Assembly: GCA_963710755.1 (NCBI GenBank)
Contig: CAVQBK010000003.1
Coordinates: 885,211-949,210 of the forward strand
Length of the DNA stretch: 64,000 nt
Source of the DNA: an uncultured bacterium
Lineage (GTDB): Bacteria; Oederibacteriota; JAAXVQ01; JAUVAV01
Reading direction: 5' to 3'
The notes beneath the pieces were generated by a model that was not told the origin of the DNA, made no database searches, and saw only the letters and a program-made list of their open reading frames with translations. The translations under genes were made by a program, and so were the position numbers. This document shows positions 48,507 to 58,502 of the stretch, piece after piece (within the stretch, counting starts at the first letter, position 1; each line of letters opens with the position of its first letter).

Positions 48507-50312
48507 ATGCTTTGGGATCATTTTATATTAAAAAAAGAAGAACAATTTCAAAACCGCATCAAGCTTCTGGCCATTGTTATCATTATTCCCATCGTCACTA
48601 TTGTTGCCCGCTTGGTTTATTTGCAACTCATTCAAGGTGACCGTTATCTGAACCTGTCCTCCAAGAACCGGGTACGGCTAGTGCCCATTAAGGCCCAGCG
48701 GGGGCTGATTTATGACCGCAACGGCGAACTGTTGGTGGGGAATGTACCGGCATTCAATGTTTCTGTCATTCCTGCGGCCCTGCCCAAAAGCAAGGCTGAC
48801 AAGCAAAAAGTGTTGGATCTGCTCCAACAATTGTTGGTGCTCGAACCGGAGGTTCTGGAAGAAAAAATTGAACGCCGTCGGCTGCGTTATTTTGAACCCA
48901 TCCGTATCTTAGGCAACATTGATCGCAAAACCGCAGCCCTCATTGAGGAACATAAGCCGCAGTTGCCGGGAGTGGTGATCCTGACCGAATCGCGGCGCCA
49001 TTATAAATTTAACCAGCTGGCCTTTCATGCCTTAGGGTATGTGGGGGAAATTTCTGAACATGAACTGGCTTTGCGCGAAGGCTACCAAGCCGGCGATGTC
49101 ATCGGCCAATCGGGTGTGGAAAAGGTTTACGATCATTATCTGAAAGGCCGCAATGGATGGCTGCACATCGAAGTCGATGCCCTGGGCCGGCAGATGGGGA
49201 TTTTGGGCAGGGAAGATCCCTGGGTCGGCCACAATCTGGTGTTGACCCTTGACCGCCAATTGCAGGAACAGGCTGAACACATTCTGGGTGATCGTACCGG
49301 CGTGATCATTATGGAAGATGTGCGTAATGGCGAGATATTGGCCATGGCCTCATCGCCAACCTATGATCCCAACCGGTTCGCCGAGGGCATATCACGGAAA
49401 GATTGGAAAAAATTGCGCAATGACAAGCGCTATCCGTTGACTAACCGTGCCACCCAGGGGATGTATTCGCCGGGATCCATTTTTAAAGTGGTCTCCCTTA
49501 TGGCCGGACTGGAAGAAAAAGCAGTCACCCCGGCCACGCAATTTCTCTGCAAAGGGGTTTACTGGATTTCCACCTGGCCTTACCGTTGTTGGAATGACCG
49601 CGGTCATGGTCTGGTCAGGGCCCGGTACTCTCTGATCCAATCCTGCGATATTTATTATTATCAACTCGGCCTGAAATTGAAGGTGGACAAACTGGGGAAA
49701 TGGGCCAGGGAATTCGGTTACGGTAAAATCAGCGGCATTGATTTGCCCAATGAACGGGCGGGGCTGGTGCCCAGTCCGCAGTGGAAGGAAAGAACACAGA
49801 ACATGCCCTGGTTCCCGGGGAACACGGTGATGATGGCTATCGGTCAGGGTTACATTCTGGCCACGCCTCTGCAGATCATGGACATGATGGCGGCCGCGGC
49901 CAATGACGGCGTGATTTACCGGCCCCATTTACTCAAACTGGTAACCAGCCAGTCCGGCCGGGTCATCCATGAGGTCAAACCGGAAATTATTCATAAGATC
50001 AATGCCGACATTCGACACTGGCAATTAATTAAAAGCAGTCTCAAGGATGTTGTCAATCACCGTAAGGGTACGGGCAAGGCCGCCCGCCTAAAAGGTATCT
50101 ACGCGGCCGGCAAGACCGCCACGGTCCAGAATCCGCATGGTGAAGACCACGCCGGGTTTGCGGCCTTTGCGCCCTACGATCATCCTGAGATAGCCGTGGT
50201 GATATATTTGGAGAATGCGGGCGGCGGTGGTGCGGAAGCAGCGCCTTTGTGCCGGCAAATGATGGAGGCTTATTTTGGCATTAATACAGAGAAGTCCGTG
50301 GAAGAAAAATAG
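48507..50312 (+). CDS. mrdA: Penicillin-binding protein 2 (elongasome transpeptidase)
   Basis: 601 aa with an N-terminal TM helix, a PBP dimerisation domain, and transpeptidase motifs (STFK equivalent GSIFKVVS, SxN, KTG(T) = KTGT at ..GKTATVQ..). Confidence 0.9.
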   Translation: MLWDHFILKKEEQFQNRIKLLAIVIIIPIVTIVARLVYLQLIQGDRYLNLSSKNRVRLVPIKAQRGLIYDRNGELLVGNVPAFNVSVIPAALPKSKADKQKVLDLLQQLLVLEPEVLEEKIERRRLRYFEPIRILGNIDRKTAALIEEHKPQLPGVVILTESRRHYKFNQLAFHALGYVGEISEHELALREGYQAGDVIGQSGVEKVYDHYLKGRNGWLHIEVDALGRQMGILGREDPWVGHNLVLTLDRQLQEQAEHILGDRTGVIIMEDVRNGEILAMASSPTYDPNRFAEGISRKDWKKLRNDKRYPLTNRATQGMYSPGSIFKVVSLMAGLEEKAVTPATQFLCKGVYWISTWPYRCWNDRGHGLVRARYSLIQSCDIYYYQLGLKLKVDKLGKWAREFGYGKISGIDLPNERAGLVPSPQWKERTQNMPWFPGNTVMMAIGQGYILATPLQIMDMMAAAANDGVIYRPHLLKLVTSQSGRVIHEVKPEIIHKINADIRHWQLIKSSLKDVVNHRKGTGKAARLKGIYAAGKTATVQNPHGEDHAGFAAFAPYDHPEIAVVIYLENAGGGGAEAAPLCRQMMEAYFGINTEKSVEEK

Positions 50313-51405
50313 TTCGCCCATACGGCTGGCCAGGGAATTGGATCTTACCATCCTGTTGCCCTCTCTGACGCTGGCCCTCATCGGCATTGCCATGATTTAC
50401 TCGGCCACTAACGGGAAGACGGAGTTTTCCATTTTATATTTAAAACAGGGGTTTATGCTCTCTGTGGGCCTGCTGGCCATGCTCTTTTTCGCTTCCTTTA
50501 ATTATCAAGTGCTCATGGAACGGTATGGCACCTTTTTTTACTGGGCTGTGATTGTGGTGCTGGCGGTGCTCTTGGCCGCTGGGGAACAAATCTCCGGCTC
50601 CAAGCGCTGGCTTTCGTTGGGTCCTGTGGGTATTCAACCCTCTGAATTTGCCAAGATTACCACTATTTTGGTACTGGCCCGTTTTCTCGGTCACCGCACC
50701 GACAAGGTCAAGGAATGGGGCACCATTGCCGGGGCGTTGGCCATTGTGGCGCTGCCCATGCTCCTGATTCTGCGGGAGCCCGACTTGGGCACTACCTTGG
50801 TGTTTATCCCCGCAGTCTTTGCTATGCTCTATGTGCTGGGCGTGCCGGTACAACGCATGGTGGCTATTGTAGGCTCGGGGTTGTTGACTTCGCCTCTGGT
50901 CTTTTTTCTGCTCAAGGATTATCAGCGGGAAAGGCTGATGGTTTTTTTAAACCCTTCGTCTGATTCCCTGGGGGCAGGGTATAATGTGATTCAGTCCAAG
51001 ATTGCCATTGGTTCAGGAGGTGTGCTGGGTAAGGGCTGGCTGCACGGCACCCAGGGGCAGCTGCGTTTTGTGCCTGAGCATCACACGGACTTTATTTTTT
51101 CTGTTTTGGCAGAAGAATGGGGGTTTGTGGGGGCCATGGTGTTGTTGGTTTTATTTGTTATCCTATTGCTTCAATGCCTGCGGATTGCCCGGTCTGCCCG
51201 GGATATGCAGGGCAGCCTGCTGGCCGTGGGCCTGACGGTGGTCATCTTTACCCAACTTAGCATCAATCTGGGTGTGGCTACAGGTATCATGCCGGTCACC
51301 GGCATGACCTTGCCGCTCATTTCTTATGGCGGGTCATCCATCATCGTGGTGATGAGTATGATGGGTATTTTAATGAGCATCTGGTCAGGGAGAAAAGTGA
51401 AATAA
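50275..51405 (+). CDS. rodA: Rod shape-determining protein RodA (SEDS family glycosyltransferase)
   Basis: TTG start at 50275. A 10-TM FtsW/RodA/SpoVE protein (..IGIAMIYSAT...QPSEFAKI...LILREPDLGT...). It directly follows mrdA. Confidence 0.85.
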   Translation: MALIQRSPWKKNSSPIRLARELDLTILLPSLTLALIGIAMIYSATNGKTEFSILYLKQGFMLSVGLLAMLFFASFNYQVLMERYGTFFYWAVIVVLAVLLAAGEQISGSKRWLSLGPVGIQPSEFAKITTILVLARFLGHRTDKVKEWGTIAGALAIVALPMLLILREPDLGTTLVFIPAVFAMLYVLGVPVQRMVAIVGSGLLTSPLVFFLLKDYQRERLMVFLNPSSDSLGAGYNVIQSKIAIGSGGVLGKGWLHGTQGQLRFVPEHHTDFIFSVLAEEWGFVGAMVLLVLFVILLLQCLRIARSARDMQGSLLAVGLTVVIFTQLSINLGVATGIMPVTGMTLPLISYGGSSIIVVMSMMGILMSIWSGRKVK

Positions 51406-51409
51406 GCCT

Positions 51410-54025
51410 ATGAGTCAACCGACGTCTTTGCCAACTGTTGTTTTGGAAAAATTGCTTTCCCAGGTGGAAAAACCGGCCCGATACCTCGGGGGGGAATGGA
51501 ACCAAAGCCGGAAACCCTGGGATCAGGCCAAGCTTAGGGTTGCCTTGGCTTTTCCTGATGTTTATGAAATCGGCATGTCCTATCTTGGTTACCAAATCCT
51601 TTATGAACTGATCAATGAAACGCCGGACTTTTTGGCGCAACGTTGTTACAGCCCCCGGAGAGACATGGAAGCCCTGCTCCGTCACGAGCAGCTGCCGCTG
51701 TTTACGGTGGAAGAACAAAGACCGCTGGCTGCCTTCGATGTGGTGGGCATTACCTTGCAGCATGAAATGGCCTATACCAATGTGCTCAATCTGTTGGACC
51801 TGGGGCAACTTACATTGGAACGCGAGGCGCGCAAGGAGAATCATCCCGTGGTGATCGGTGGCGGACCTTGCAGTTTTAATCCCGAACCCATTGAACCAGT
51901 CTTTGATTTGCTGGTGCTCGGTGATGGGGAAGGGGTGATGCTGGAGATTCTGGAATGGTTAAAAACACATCCAAACCTGGATCGCCGCGAAAAAATTAAA
52001 CAGTTGGGCCTTTTACCCGGGGTCTATGCCCCTGGTCATTATCAGGTTCATTACAGCGATTCAGGCAAACTGACAAGCATCACCGCTGATGAGGGGTTTG
52101 CCTTGCCTGTCAAGCGCCGGGTGGAACCACCGCAAGCCCGTCCCCGCAGGCCGTTGGTGCCCTTTGTAGCGCCTATTCATGATCGCGTGACCACCCAGCT
52201 CTTTCGCGGGTGTACCCGGGGTTGTCGCTTTTGCCAGGCCGGCATGACCACCCGGCCGGTGCGGGAAATGGACCCTGAGGTCAGCCGGGATCATCTAATT
52301 AGCGCCCTCCAAGCCAGCGGTTATGAGGAAGCCTCTTTGACCTCCCTTTCTTCAGGGGACTATTCGCAATTGTTGCCTCTGGTTAAGCAGTTGGTGGATT
52401 ATGGCCGGCGCCATGATGTGGCGCTTTCCCTGCCTTCTTTGCGGTTGGATTCCTTTGAACCTTCCTTGGCTCAATATATTCGCCAGGTGCGCAAAACAGG
52501 CTTGACCTTTGCCCCCGAGGCAGGCAGCACGCGCCTGCGTCAGGTGATCAATAAGGGCCTCGATGAAGATGATTTTGTACAGCGGTTGGGCCAGGTATTT
52601 CAGGAAGGCTGGGATCTGGTTAAACTCTATTTCATGATTGGCCTGCCCACGGAAAGCGACGAGGATATAGACGCCATCAGTCAATTGGTGCGCCGCATCC
52701 TGAAGACCGCCAACCAACAGCCGGGTGCGCCCAAGTCCAGAAAGCGCAGCGCCCGTGTGAATCTGGGCATTAACCTCTTTATTCCCAAACCCCATACGCC
52801 CTTTCAATGGGAGCCGCAATTGGACCGCGCCACCGCTCTGCAACGGTTGTCCCGGGTGGAGGCTCAGATGCCCAAGGCCGCCGGCTTTCGGCTGGGCAAA
52901 CGGGTACAGGAAGAATTGGACCGCAGTTATTTGGAGGCGGTGTTGGCCCGCGGTGACCGACGCCTATGGCCGGTCATCAAACAAGCCTGGATTTTGGGAG
53001 CAACCTTCGACAGTTGGGGCGATTTGTTTGATTTCAGCAAGTGGCAGCAGGCTTTTAGCGAGACCGGTATAGATCCCGACACCTATGTGTTACAGGCGCG
53101 TGCCTTGGAAGACCGGCTGCCCTGGGATCACCTGGACAGTGGTGTAAGCAAGGCATTTTTAAAACGGGAGCTGGAAAGAGCCCGGCAAGGGCTCTTGACG
53201 CCCGACTGTTGCCGTGAGCAGCATTGTCAGACCTGTGGTTCCGCTAAGGAGCAGGATTGCCCGCTGCCGCCGGCCCGGCCCATGACAGAAACCCCGGACT
53301 TGCGGCACCGGCCGCCCCGGCCGGAGCGTCCGGTTCTGAGAATACGATTGTCTTATGAGAAAAATGATGTTATACGTTTCATAGGCCATTTGGATATGGT
53401 CAATACCTGGAGGCGCGCCGCCCGACGGGCGGGCTTACCAGTGCACTATTCGCAAGGCTTTCATCCTCAACCAGCCATAGGCTTTGGGCCACCGCTCCCC
53501 TTGGGGTACAGAGGATTTCAGGAATGGATGGACATTGGGTTGGATGCCGCCATGGCGCAGGCAGATGTGGTGACCAGGTTCAATGACTGTTTACCCAGCG
53601 GACTAAAAGTGCTGCAAGCCTATGCCATCGCTCTTTCCACTCCTTCCTTGAACGAATTGGTGAACGGCGGGGAGTACACTATCCGGTTGCTTACCGATTC
53701 TGATGAACAAGCGCTGATCATAAAGAAAATAGAGTCCTTTTGGTCCAGGACCGAGGTGCCACTGCCGCAATGGTCCAAAAAGGGCACGGTTACGGTCAAT
53801 GCTCGGGTCGGGGTTTTAAAATTGGAGGCAGCCAACCCAGGTCCGGACGTCCTGGAGCTCACATTGCTCCATCAAAGCGGACTGCAGGGCGGGGTAAAGG
53901 TACCGACCTTGATGACTTACCTGACCCAAGATCTTAGCCGGTCCTGGGCTATGGACGTGGTTCGGTCGAAAACCGGTCGGCTTCAGCAACAGAACCTGTT
54001 GATGCCCCTGGATAATGATCATTAG
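51410..54025 (+). CDS. Radical SAM protein (TIGR03960-like N-domain with the CxxxCxxC cluster) fused to a DUF2344/TIGR03936-like C-domain
   Basis: 871 aa. The radical-SAM motif is FRGCTRGCRFCQAGM. A DUF2344-like domain follows from about residue 640 (LRIRLSYEKNDVIRFIGHLDMVNTWRRAARRAGLPVHYSQGFHPQP..). Confidence 0.75.
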   Translation: MSQPTSLPTVVLEKLLSQVEKPARYLGGEWNQSRKPWDQAKLRVALAFPDVYEIGMSYLGYQILYELINETPDFLAQRCYSPRRDMEALLRHEQLPLFTVEEQRPLAAFDVVGITLQHEMAYTNVLNLLDLGQLTLEREARKENHPVVIGGGPCSFNPEPIEPVFDLLVLGDGEGVMLEILEWLKTHPNLDRREKIKQLGLLPGVYAPGHYQVHYSDSGKLTSITADEGFALPVKRRVEPPQARPRRPLVPFVAPIHDRVTTQLFRGCTRGCRFCQAGMTTRPVREMDPEVSRDHLISALQASGYEEASLTSLSSGDYSQLLPLVKQLVDYGRRHDVALSLPSLRLDSFEPSLAQYIRQVRKTGLTFAPEAGSTRLRQVINKGLDEDDFVQRLGQVFQEGWDLVKLYFMIGLPTESDEDIDAISQLVRRILKTANQQPGAPKSRKRSARVNLGINLFIPKPHTPFQWEPQLDRATALQRLSRVEAQMPKAAGFRLGKRVQEELDRSYLEAVLARGDRRLWPVIKQAWILGATFDSWGDLFDFSKWQQAFSETGIDPDTYVLQARALEDRLPWDHLDSGVSKAFLKRELERARQGLLTPDCCREQHCQTCGSAKEQDCPLPPARPMTETPDLRHRPPRPERPVLRIRLSYEKNDVIRFIGHLDMVNTWRRAARRAGLPVHYSQGFHPQPAIGFGPPLPLGYRGFQEWMDIGLDAAMAQADVVTRFNDCLPSGLKVLQAYAIALSTPSLNELVNGGEYTIRLLTDSDEQALIIKKIESFWSRTEVPLPQWSKKGTVTVNARVGVLKLEAANPGPDVLELTLLHQSGLQGGVKVPTLMTYLTQDLSRSWAMDVVRSKTGRLQQQNLLMPLDNDH

Positions 54026-54089
54026 CGGTTTTGCTGATGATATAAAAGATTAGTTGATGACTATTTTAAATGTTAAGAGAGGATAATGA

Positions 54090-55727
54090 ATGGTAAAAGG
54101 AAAACCCATTAGACGCACCCGGCCAATGTTGACACCATTGGCTTTGCAAGAACGGGAAATGATTATATCTGCTGATGATGAACTGACACGAATTGCTTTT
54201 TTAGAAAATGGGCGGTTGGCGGAATATTATGCCGAACGCCATGTGGAACGCACGGTGGTCGGCAATATCTACAAAGGCGTAGTCACGGCTGTGCTGCCTG
54301 GCCTGCAAGCTGCTTTTATTGATATGGGACTGGAGAAGAGCGGATTTTTGCATGCCCGCGATGTGCTTACGGGCACTATGACCATTGAGGATTATATCCA
54401 GGCCAAGCAGGCCAGCAAAAATGAAGAAACCTTGAGCGCCGAGGAAGCTGTCCAACAGGAAACCAGACAGGGGAAAGGTCTTAGTAGCAGCGGCCGGGGT
54501 GGGAAAGTCCTGATACAAAATGTGCTCAAAAAAGGCGACGAACTCCTGGTGCAAATTGAGAAAGAACCGATTTCCACCAAAGGGCCGCGTATTACCGGGC
54601 AAATCTCCCTGCCTTCACGTCTGGTGGTGCTTATTCCCCAAGCCGAGCATGTGGGGGTCTCTCATCGCATTGCCGATGAGAGTGAACGAACCCGCTTAAA
54701 AAAGATCCTGGATACCTTGGTGCCCAAGGATTTTGGGGTTATTGCCCGCACCTCCGCCGTGGGCGCCACGGAAAATGATCTTAAATCAGAAATTAATTAT
54801 TTGCTCAAGCTTTGGAAAAAAATCAAAGCCAAGGAAAAAAAAGTACGTGCCCCGGCGGTGATCCATGCAGAAGAAGGCTTGCTGCAGCGAGTGGCGCGGG
54901 ACATGCTCAGTAAGGAAGACAATCGCATTATCATCGACGCCGGGGCGGATAACCGCAAGTTAAAACAATCGCTGGGCTTCATGCTGTCGTCCATTAAACC
55001 CAATATTGAACTCTACAAAGGCGATCAGCCCATATTTGAGGTGCTCAATCTGGAGGCAGAGATTGAAAAAGCCCTGCGCCCCAAGGTGTGGCTGAAATGC
55101 GGCGGCTATCTGGTTATTGAAGAAACGGAAGCTTTGGTGGTGGTGGATGTCAACACCGGCCGCAATGTAGGCAAAGGTCATCAGGACGAAACCATTTTCA
55201 AAACCAATATGGAAGCAGCCGAGGAGATTGGACGGCAACTGCGTTTGCGTGATCTGGGCGGCATCATTGTCCTCGATTTTATTGACATGCGTCATGCTGA
55301 TCAAAAAGAACGGCTCTTTAAAACCTTGTCCAAAATATTAACCCGTGACCGGGCCAAGACCAGCATCCGGCGGTTGACAGATCTAGGGTTGATTGAGATG
55401 ACGCGCAAGCGGGTGAGAAGCAGCTTGCTTAGAACCTTGTGCGATCCCTGCCCGCTTTGCCAGGGACGGGGCTGGATCAGCTCCAAGGAAACGGTGCGGA
55501 TGAAATTAAAACGGGCCATGGAACGAGCCCGCCGGCTTACAGATGAAGCTGCCTTTCAGCTGGAGGTTTCGCCCCATTGGCGCTACCATATCGGGGAAGA
55601 AGCCCTGTTGGAACAAGGCAGGAAACAAAAAATCAAGTTGAGTGTGGCTACCAAAAGTGACCTTAGGAGTGAAGAATTCCGCCTGCTTTCCACGGCCACG
55701 GGCTTGGTAATTGTGGGGAACGATTAG
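54090..55727 (+). CDS. rng: Ribonuclease G (RNase E/G family, catalytic domain only)
   Basis: 545 aa with an S1 domain (NIYKGVVTAVLPGLQAAFIDMG), the DNase-I-like catalytic core (...VVDVNTGRNVG...) and a Zn-link CPxCxGxG (CDPCPLCQGRG). It is the right size for Rng and too short for Rne. The ATG at 54090 is preceded by AGAGAGGA. Confidence 0.85.
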   Translation: MVKGKPIRRTRPMLTPLALQEREMIISADDELTRIAFLENGRLAEYYAERHVERTVVGNIYKGVVTAVLPGLQAAFIDMGLEKSGFLHARDVLTGTMTIEDYIQAKQASKNEETLSAEEAVQQETRQGKGLSSSGRGGKVLIQNVLKKGDELLVQIEKEPISTKGPRITGQISLPSRLVVLIPQAEHVGVSHRIADESERTRLKKILDTLVPKDFGVIARTSAVGATENDLKSEINYLLKLWKKIKAKEKKVRAPAVIHAEEGLLQRVARDMLSKEDNRIIIDAGADNRKLKQSLGFMLSSIKPNIELYKGDQPIFEVLNLEAEIEKALRPKVWLKCGGYLVIEETEALVVVDVNTGRNVGKGHQDETIFKTNMEAAEEIGRQLRLRDLGGIIVLDFIDMRHADQKERLFKTLSKILTRDRAKTSIRRLTDLGLIEMTRKRVRSSLLRTLCDPCPLCQGRGWISSKETVRMKLKRAMERARRLTDEAAFQLEVSPHWRYHIGEEALLEQGRKQKIKLSVATKSDLRSEEFRLLSTATGLVIVGND

Positions 55728-55823
55728 GCGGTACTTGAAGTTTCCCTAAACTTCCCGCAAGGTCATTGGATAATATCCGCCCGGTGGCTCAAAAGGCTGA
55801 CCGTCAGGAAGGGGAGAAATCCC

Positions 55824-56549
55824 ATGTTTGAAAACATCAAAGCTATTTTTGAAAAAGATCCGGCCGCACGCAACCTGGTGGAAGTCATTTTTTGTTATCC
55901 CGGCTTGCATGCCCTTTGGTTGCATCGTTGCAGTCATTTTTTATGGGAAATCAAACTAAAAACCCTGGCCCGCATGCTGTCCAACTTTGGCCGGTTTCTC
56001 ACGGCCGTGGAGATCCATCCGGCGGCTAAAATCGGCAAGAGTGTGGTTATTGATCATGGTTTTGGCGTGGTCATCGGTGAAACCGCGGAAGTGGGGGACC
56101 GGGTGTTGATTTATCAGGGCGTGACCCTGGGCGGGACGTCCCTGGAAAAAGTGAAACGCCATCCTACCATTGAGTCCGATGTGGTCATCGGTGCCGGAGC
56201 CAAAGTGCTCGGTAATTTACGGGTGGGCATGGGCGCCAAGATCGGCACCATGGCCGTGGTGGTACGCGATGTGCCGGCAGGGTGCACGGTGGTGGGCAAT
56301 CCGGGTAAAGTGGTGCGCTTGGCTTCGGGCGAACGTCCGCCATCTCCCTTGGATCATAATAAACTGCCTGATCCGGTGGCCGATGTGGTGCACCATTTAG
56401 ATAACCGAATTAACGCGCTGACCAAATTAATGGAAGAAAAAGGATGTTTTACATCGGAAGAGTTTGAACGGCGCCACATGGCCGAAGAAGAAGTGTATGT
56501 TAATTCTTTCCTGGAGCAAGACGCTAACCACAGTTCGAAGAAAGAATAA
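55824..56549 (+). CDS. cysE: Serine O-acetyltransferase
   Basis: MFENIKAIFEKDPAARNLVEVIFCYPGLHALWLHRCSHFLW (SATase N-domain) plus the hexapeptide LbH region (..IGKSVVIDHGFGVVIGETAEVGDRVLIYQGVTLGGT..). Confidence 0.85.
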   Translation: MFENIKAIFEKDPAARNLVEVIFCYPGLHALWLHRCSHFLWEIKLKTLARMLSNFGRFLTAVEIHPAAKIGKSVVIDHGFGVVIGETAEVGDRVLIYQGVTLGGTSLEKVKRHPTIESDVVIGAGAKVLGNLRVGMGAKIGTMAVVVRDVPAGCTVVGNPGKVVRLASGERPPSPLDHNKLPDPVADVVHHLDNRINALTKLMEEKGCFTSEEFERRHMAEEEVYVNSFLEQDANHSSKKE

Positions 56550-56908
56550 ACTCAGGGTTGTGTCTCACGCATTTAGTATATTATACCGCTTTTTTTGAGA
56601 TCCTGCGCGCCATCAGCAAAGTTGCTTTTTCGGTCCCAAAAGCAGGCTCGCGGAACAAGCCATGGGCCCTCTCCTTGGCGCCCTACCACAAAAGCCTTGA
56701 AATCATGGATGAGCCACGTTGATAAAGCTGAGCAACTAATGGCTCAGCCTCCTAGTGCCTGACCGTCCCAAAATCAGAAATTCCATGGGAGAAACACACT
56801 TTTGCTTGCGCAGGTTCATGAATTCAGCTAAAGTTAAGTCCTTTGATGCGGTGATTTTTCCATGCCTGCCTTATGACTTTGACAAGCATTACATTGGGGA
56901 GAACGACC

Positions 56909-57688
56909 ATGATCAACCACAACCGTCCATCATTCAGGCAACTGATCAATTGGAAGCTTTTTTTTGTGCTATGGGGTGCAGCCCTGGTCAGTGTGGCCGC
57001 GCTCTTTCCTTATTTATTAGCCTTGCAAAAGGATGCTTTGGCCCATATTCCCTTACCTTTACCCCTGTTGCTGGTCCTAACCCTGGCTCAAAACGGTATT
57101 ATCTTTGCCCTGGTTATCTTTGGGGGCTTATGGTTCGCCAAACAAGTAGGGTTGGGCCTGCCCTTGTTGGAACAGGTCCTGCAAAAGCAGATACCCAGTC
57201 GTACTTGGTGGCCGAGGTTGGTTGTAAGTTTGGTCCTGGGGCTGGCCACGGGCGTGGTGATTGCTATCCTCGATCGCTGGTTTCATCATTTGGGGGTCAC
57301 TCTGTCCTTGGGTCGAGAATCCCATCTTGTATGGCAAGGCCTGTTGGCGTCCTTTTACGGGGGCATTGGTGAAGAGTTATTAATGCGCCTGGGGCTGATG
57401 TCTTGCTTTATCTGGTTGTTTGTGAAGGTGTTCCACCCGCGCGATAACCGGGCCGTTATTTGGTTGTCCATTTTCATCACAGCATTGTTATTTGGCCTGG
57501 GACACTTACCGGTTACAGCGTCCCTTTTGACGTTGACCCCACTAGTTATCATTAGAGCTCTGGTGCTCAACGGTCTGGGAGGATTGGTTTTTGGGTGGTT
57601 GTTCTGGAAACAGGGGCTGGAAGCCGCCATGGTGGCCCATTTTTCTGCGGATATCATTTTACATGTCTTTGCACCGTTGCTGGGATAG
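56909..57688 (+). CDS. CPBP family intramembrane metalloprotease (CAAX protease/Abi-type)
   Basis: The start at MINHNRPSF (ATG 56909) is preceded by GGGGAG. The motifs are EELLMRLGL (EExxxR), FGLGH and a later H (VAHFSADIILH). Confidence 0.7.
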   Translation: MINHNRPSFRQLINWKLFFVLWGAALVSVAALFPYLLALQKDALAHIPLPLPLLLVLTLAQNGIIFALVIFGGLWFAKQVGLGLPLLEQVLQKQIPSRTWWPRLVVSLVLGLATGVVIAILDRWFHHLGVTLSLGRESHLVWQGLLASFYGGIGEELLMRLGLMSCFIWLFVKVFHPRDNRAVIWLSIFITALLFGLGHLPVTASLLTLTPLVIIRALVLNGLGGLVFGWLFWKQGLEAAMVAHFSADIILHVFAPLLG

Positions 57689-57815
57689 TGATCTTGATGG
57701 CGGACCAACATCCGGTTATAAAGAAAAAAGGTATTGTATTAATTTTTGGACAGGCAGATAATTACGCCGTGGGCCATTCAGTACAGGGTCCCGGTTACTT
57801 TGGGAGGTGAATGAT

Positions 57816-58238
57816 ATGACAATTACCAAAGAAGAATTAATTGCAGGGTTAAACAAGGATCTGGAATGGGAGTATGCCGCAGCCGTTCAGTATGTGCAGC
57901 ATGCGGCCGTGATTACGGGTCCTCAGTATGAAGGTATCCAGAAAGAACTGATTATTCATTCCCAGGAAGAAATGGCCCATGCGGTTATGGTCTCGGAACA
58001 AATTGATTTTTTGGGCGGGGTCCCCACGGTGGATGTGGAAGCCCGGGAAGTCTCGGCTCAAGGCAAAACCATGTTGGAACAGGATTTAAAAGGTGAAGAA
58101 GATGCCATCAGCCGATATAAAACCCGTATTGCCCAGGCTGAAGCCTTAAAGGAATACGGCCTGCGCCGGGTATTGGAAGATATTCTTTTACAGGAAGAAG
58201 AACATAAGCGCGACCTTCTGACCGCTTTGGAAAAATAA
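57816..58238 (+). CDS. Ferritin-like (rubrerythrin/bacterioferritin-like four-helix-bundle) protein
   Basis: The start at MTITKEELIAG (ATG 57816) is preceded by GGGAGG. Paired E..H-like metal-ligand contexts (..LEWEYAAAVQYVQHA.., ..EEMAHAVM.., ..EEEHKRDL..) are present. Confidence 0.55.
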   Translation: MTITKEELIAGLNKDLEWEYAAAVQYVQHAAVITGPQYEGIQKELIIHSQEEMAHAVMVSEQIDFLGGVPTVDVEAREVSAQGKTMLEQDLKGEEDAISRYKTRIAQAEALKEYGLRRVLEDILLQEEEHKRDLLTALEK

Positions 58239-58502
58239 GGTTTTTTAGCCGGCTTACGGAATGCTGCCGCCAGGAGTCAATCCGCCTCCTGGCGGGCATT
58301 AAGCTTGATGGAAATCCACTTTCCTTCATTGACAACCCTTTAAAAAACTGTAAAATTCTTGTTTATTCTTCCCGGAGGGCGTGGGCAGAGGCCTGCAGGG
58401 GCAAGGCCTATATGGCCATGATCTTGATCAGCTCGGAAATCAACACCGGGCAGTAAGCTGCCCGGTGTTTTATATTTAAAACCAATCATAGAGGTGTATG
58501 CA

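Noticed and set aside
58266-58296. GC-rich hairpin after the ferritin-like gene as an intrinsic terminator
   Set aside because: The 10-bp stem is present but no U-tract follows, so it was not called.
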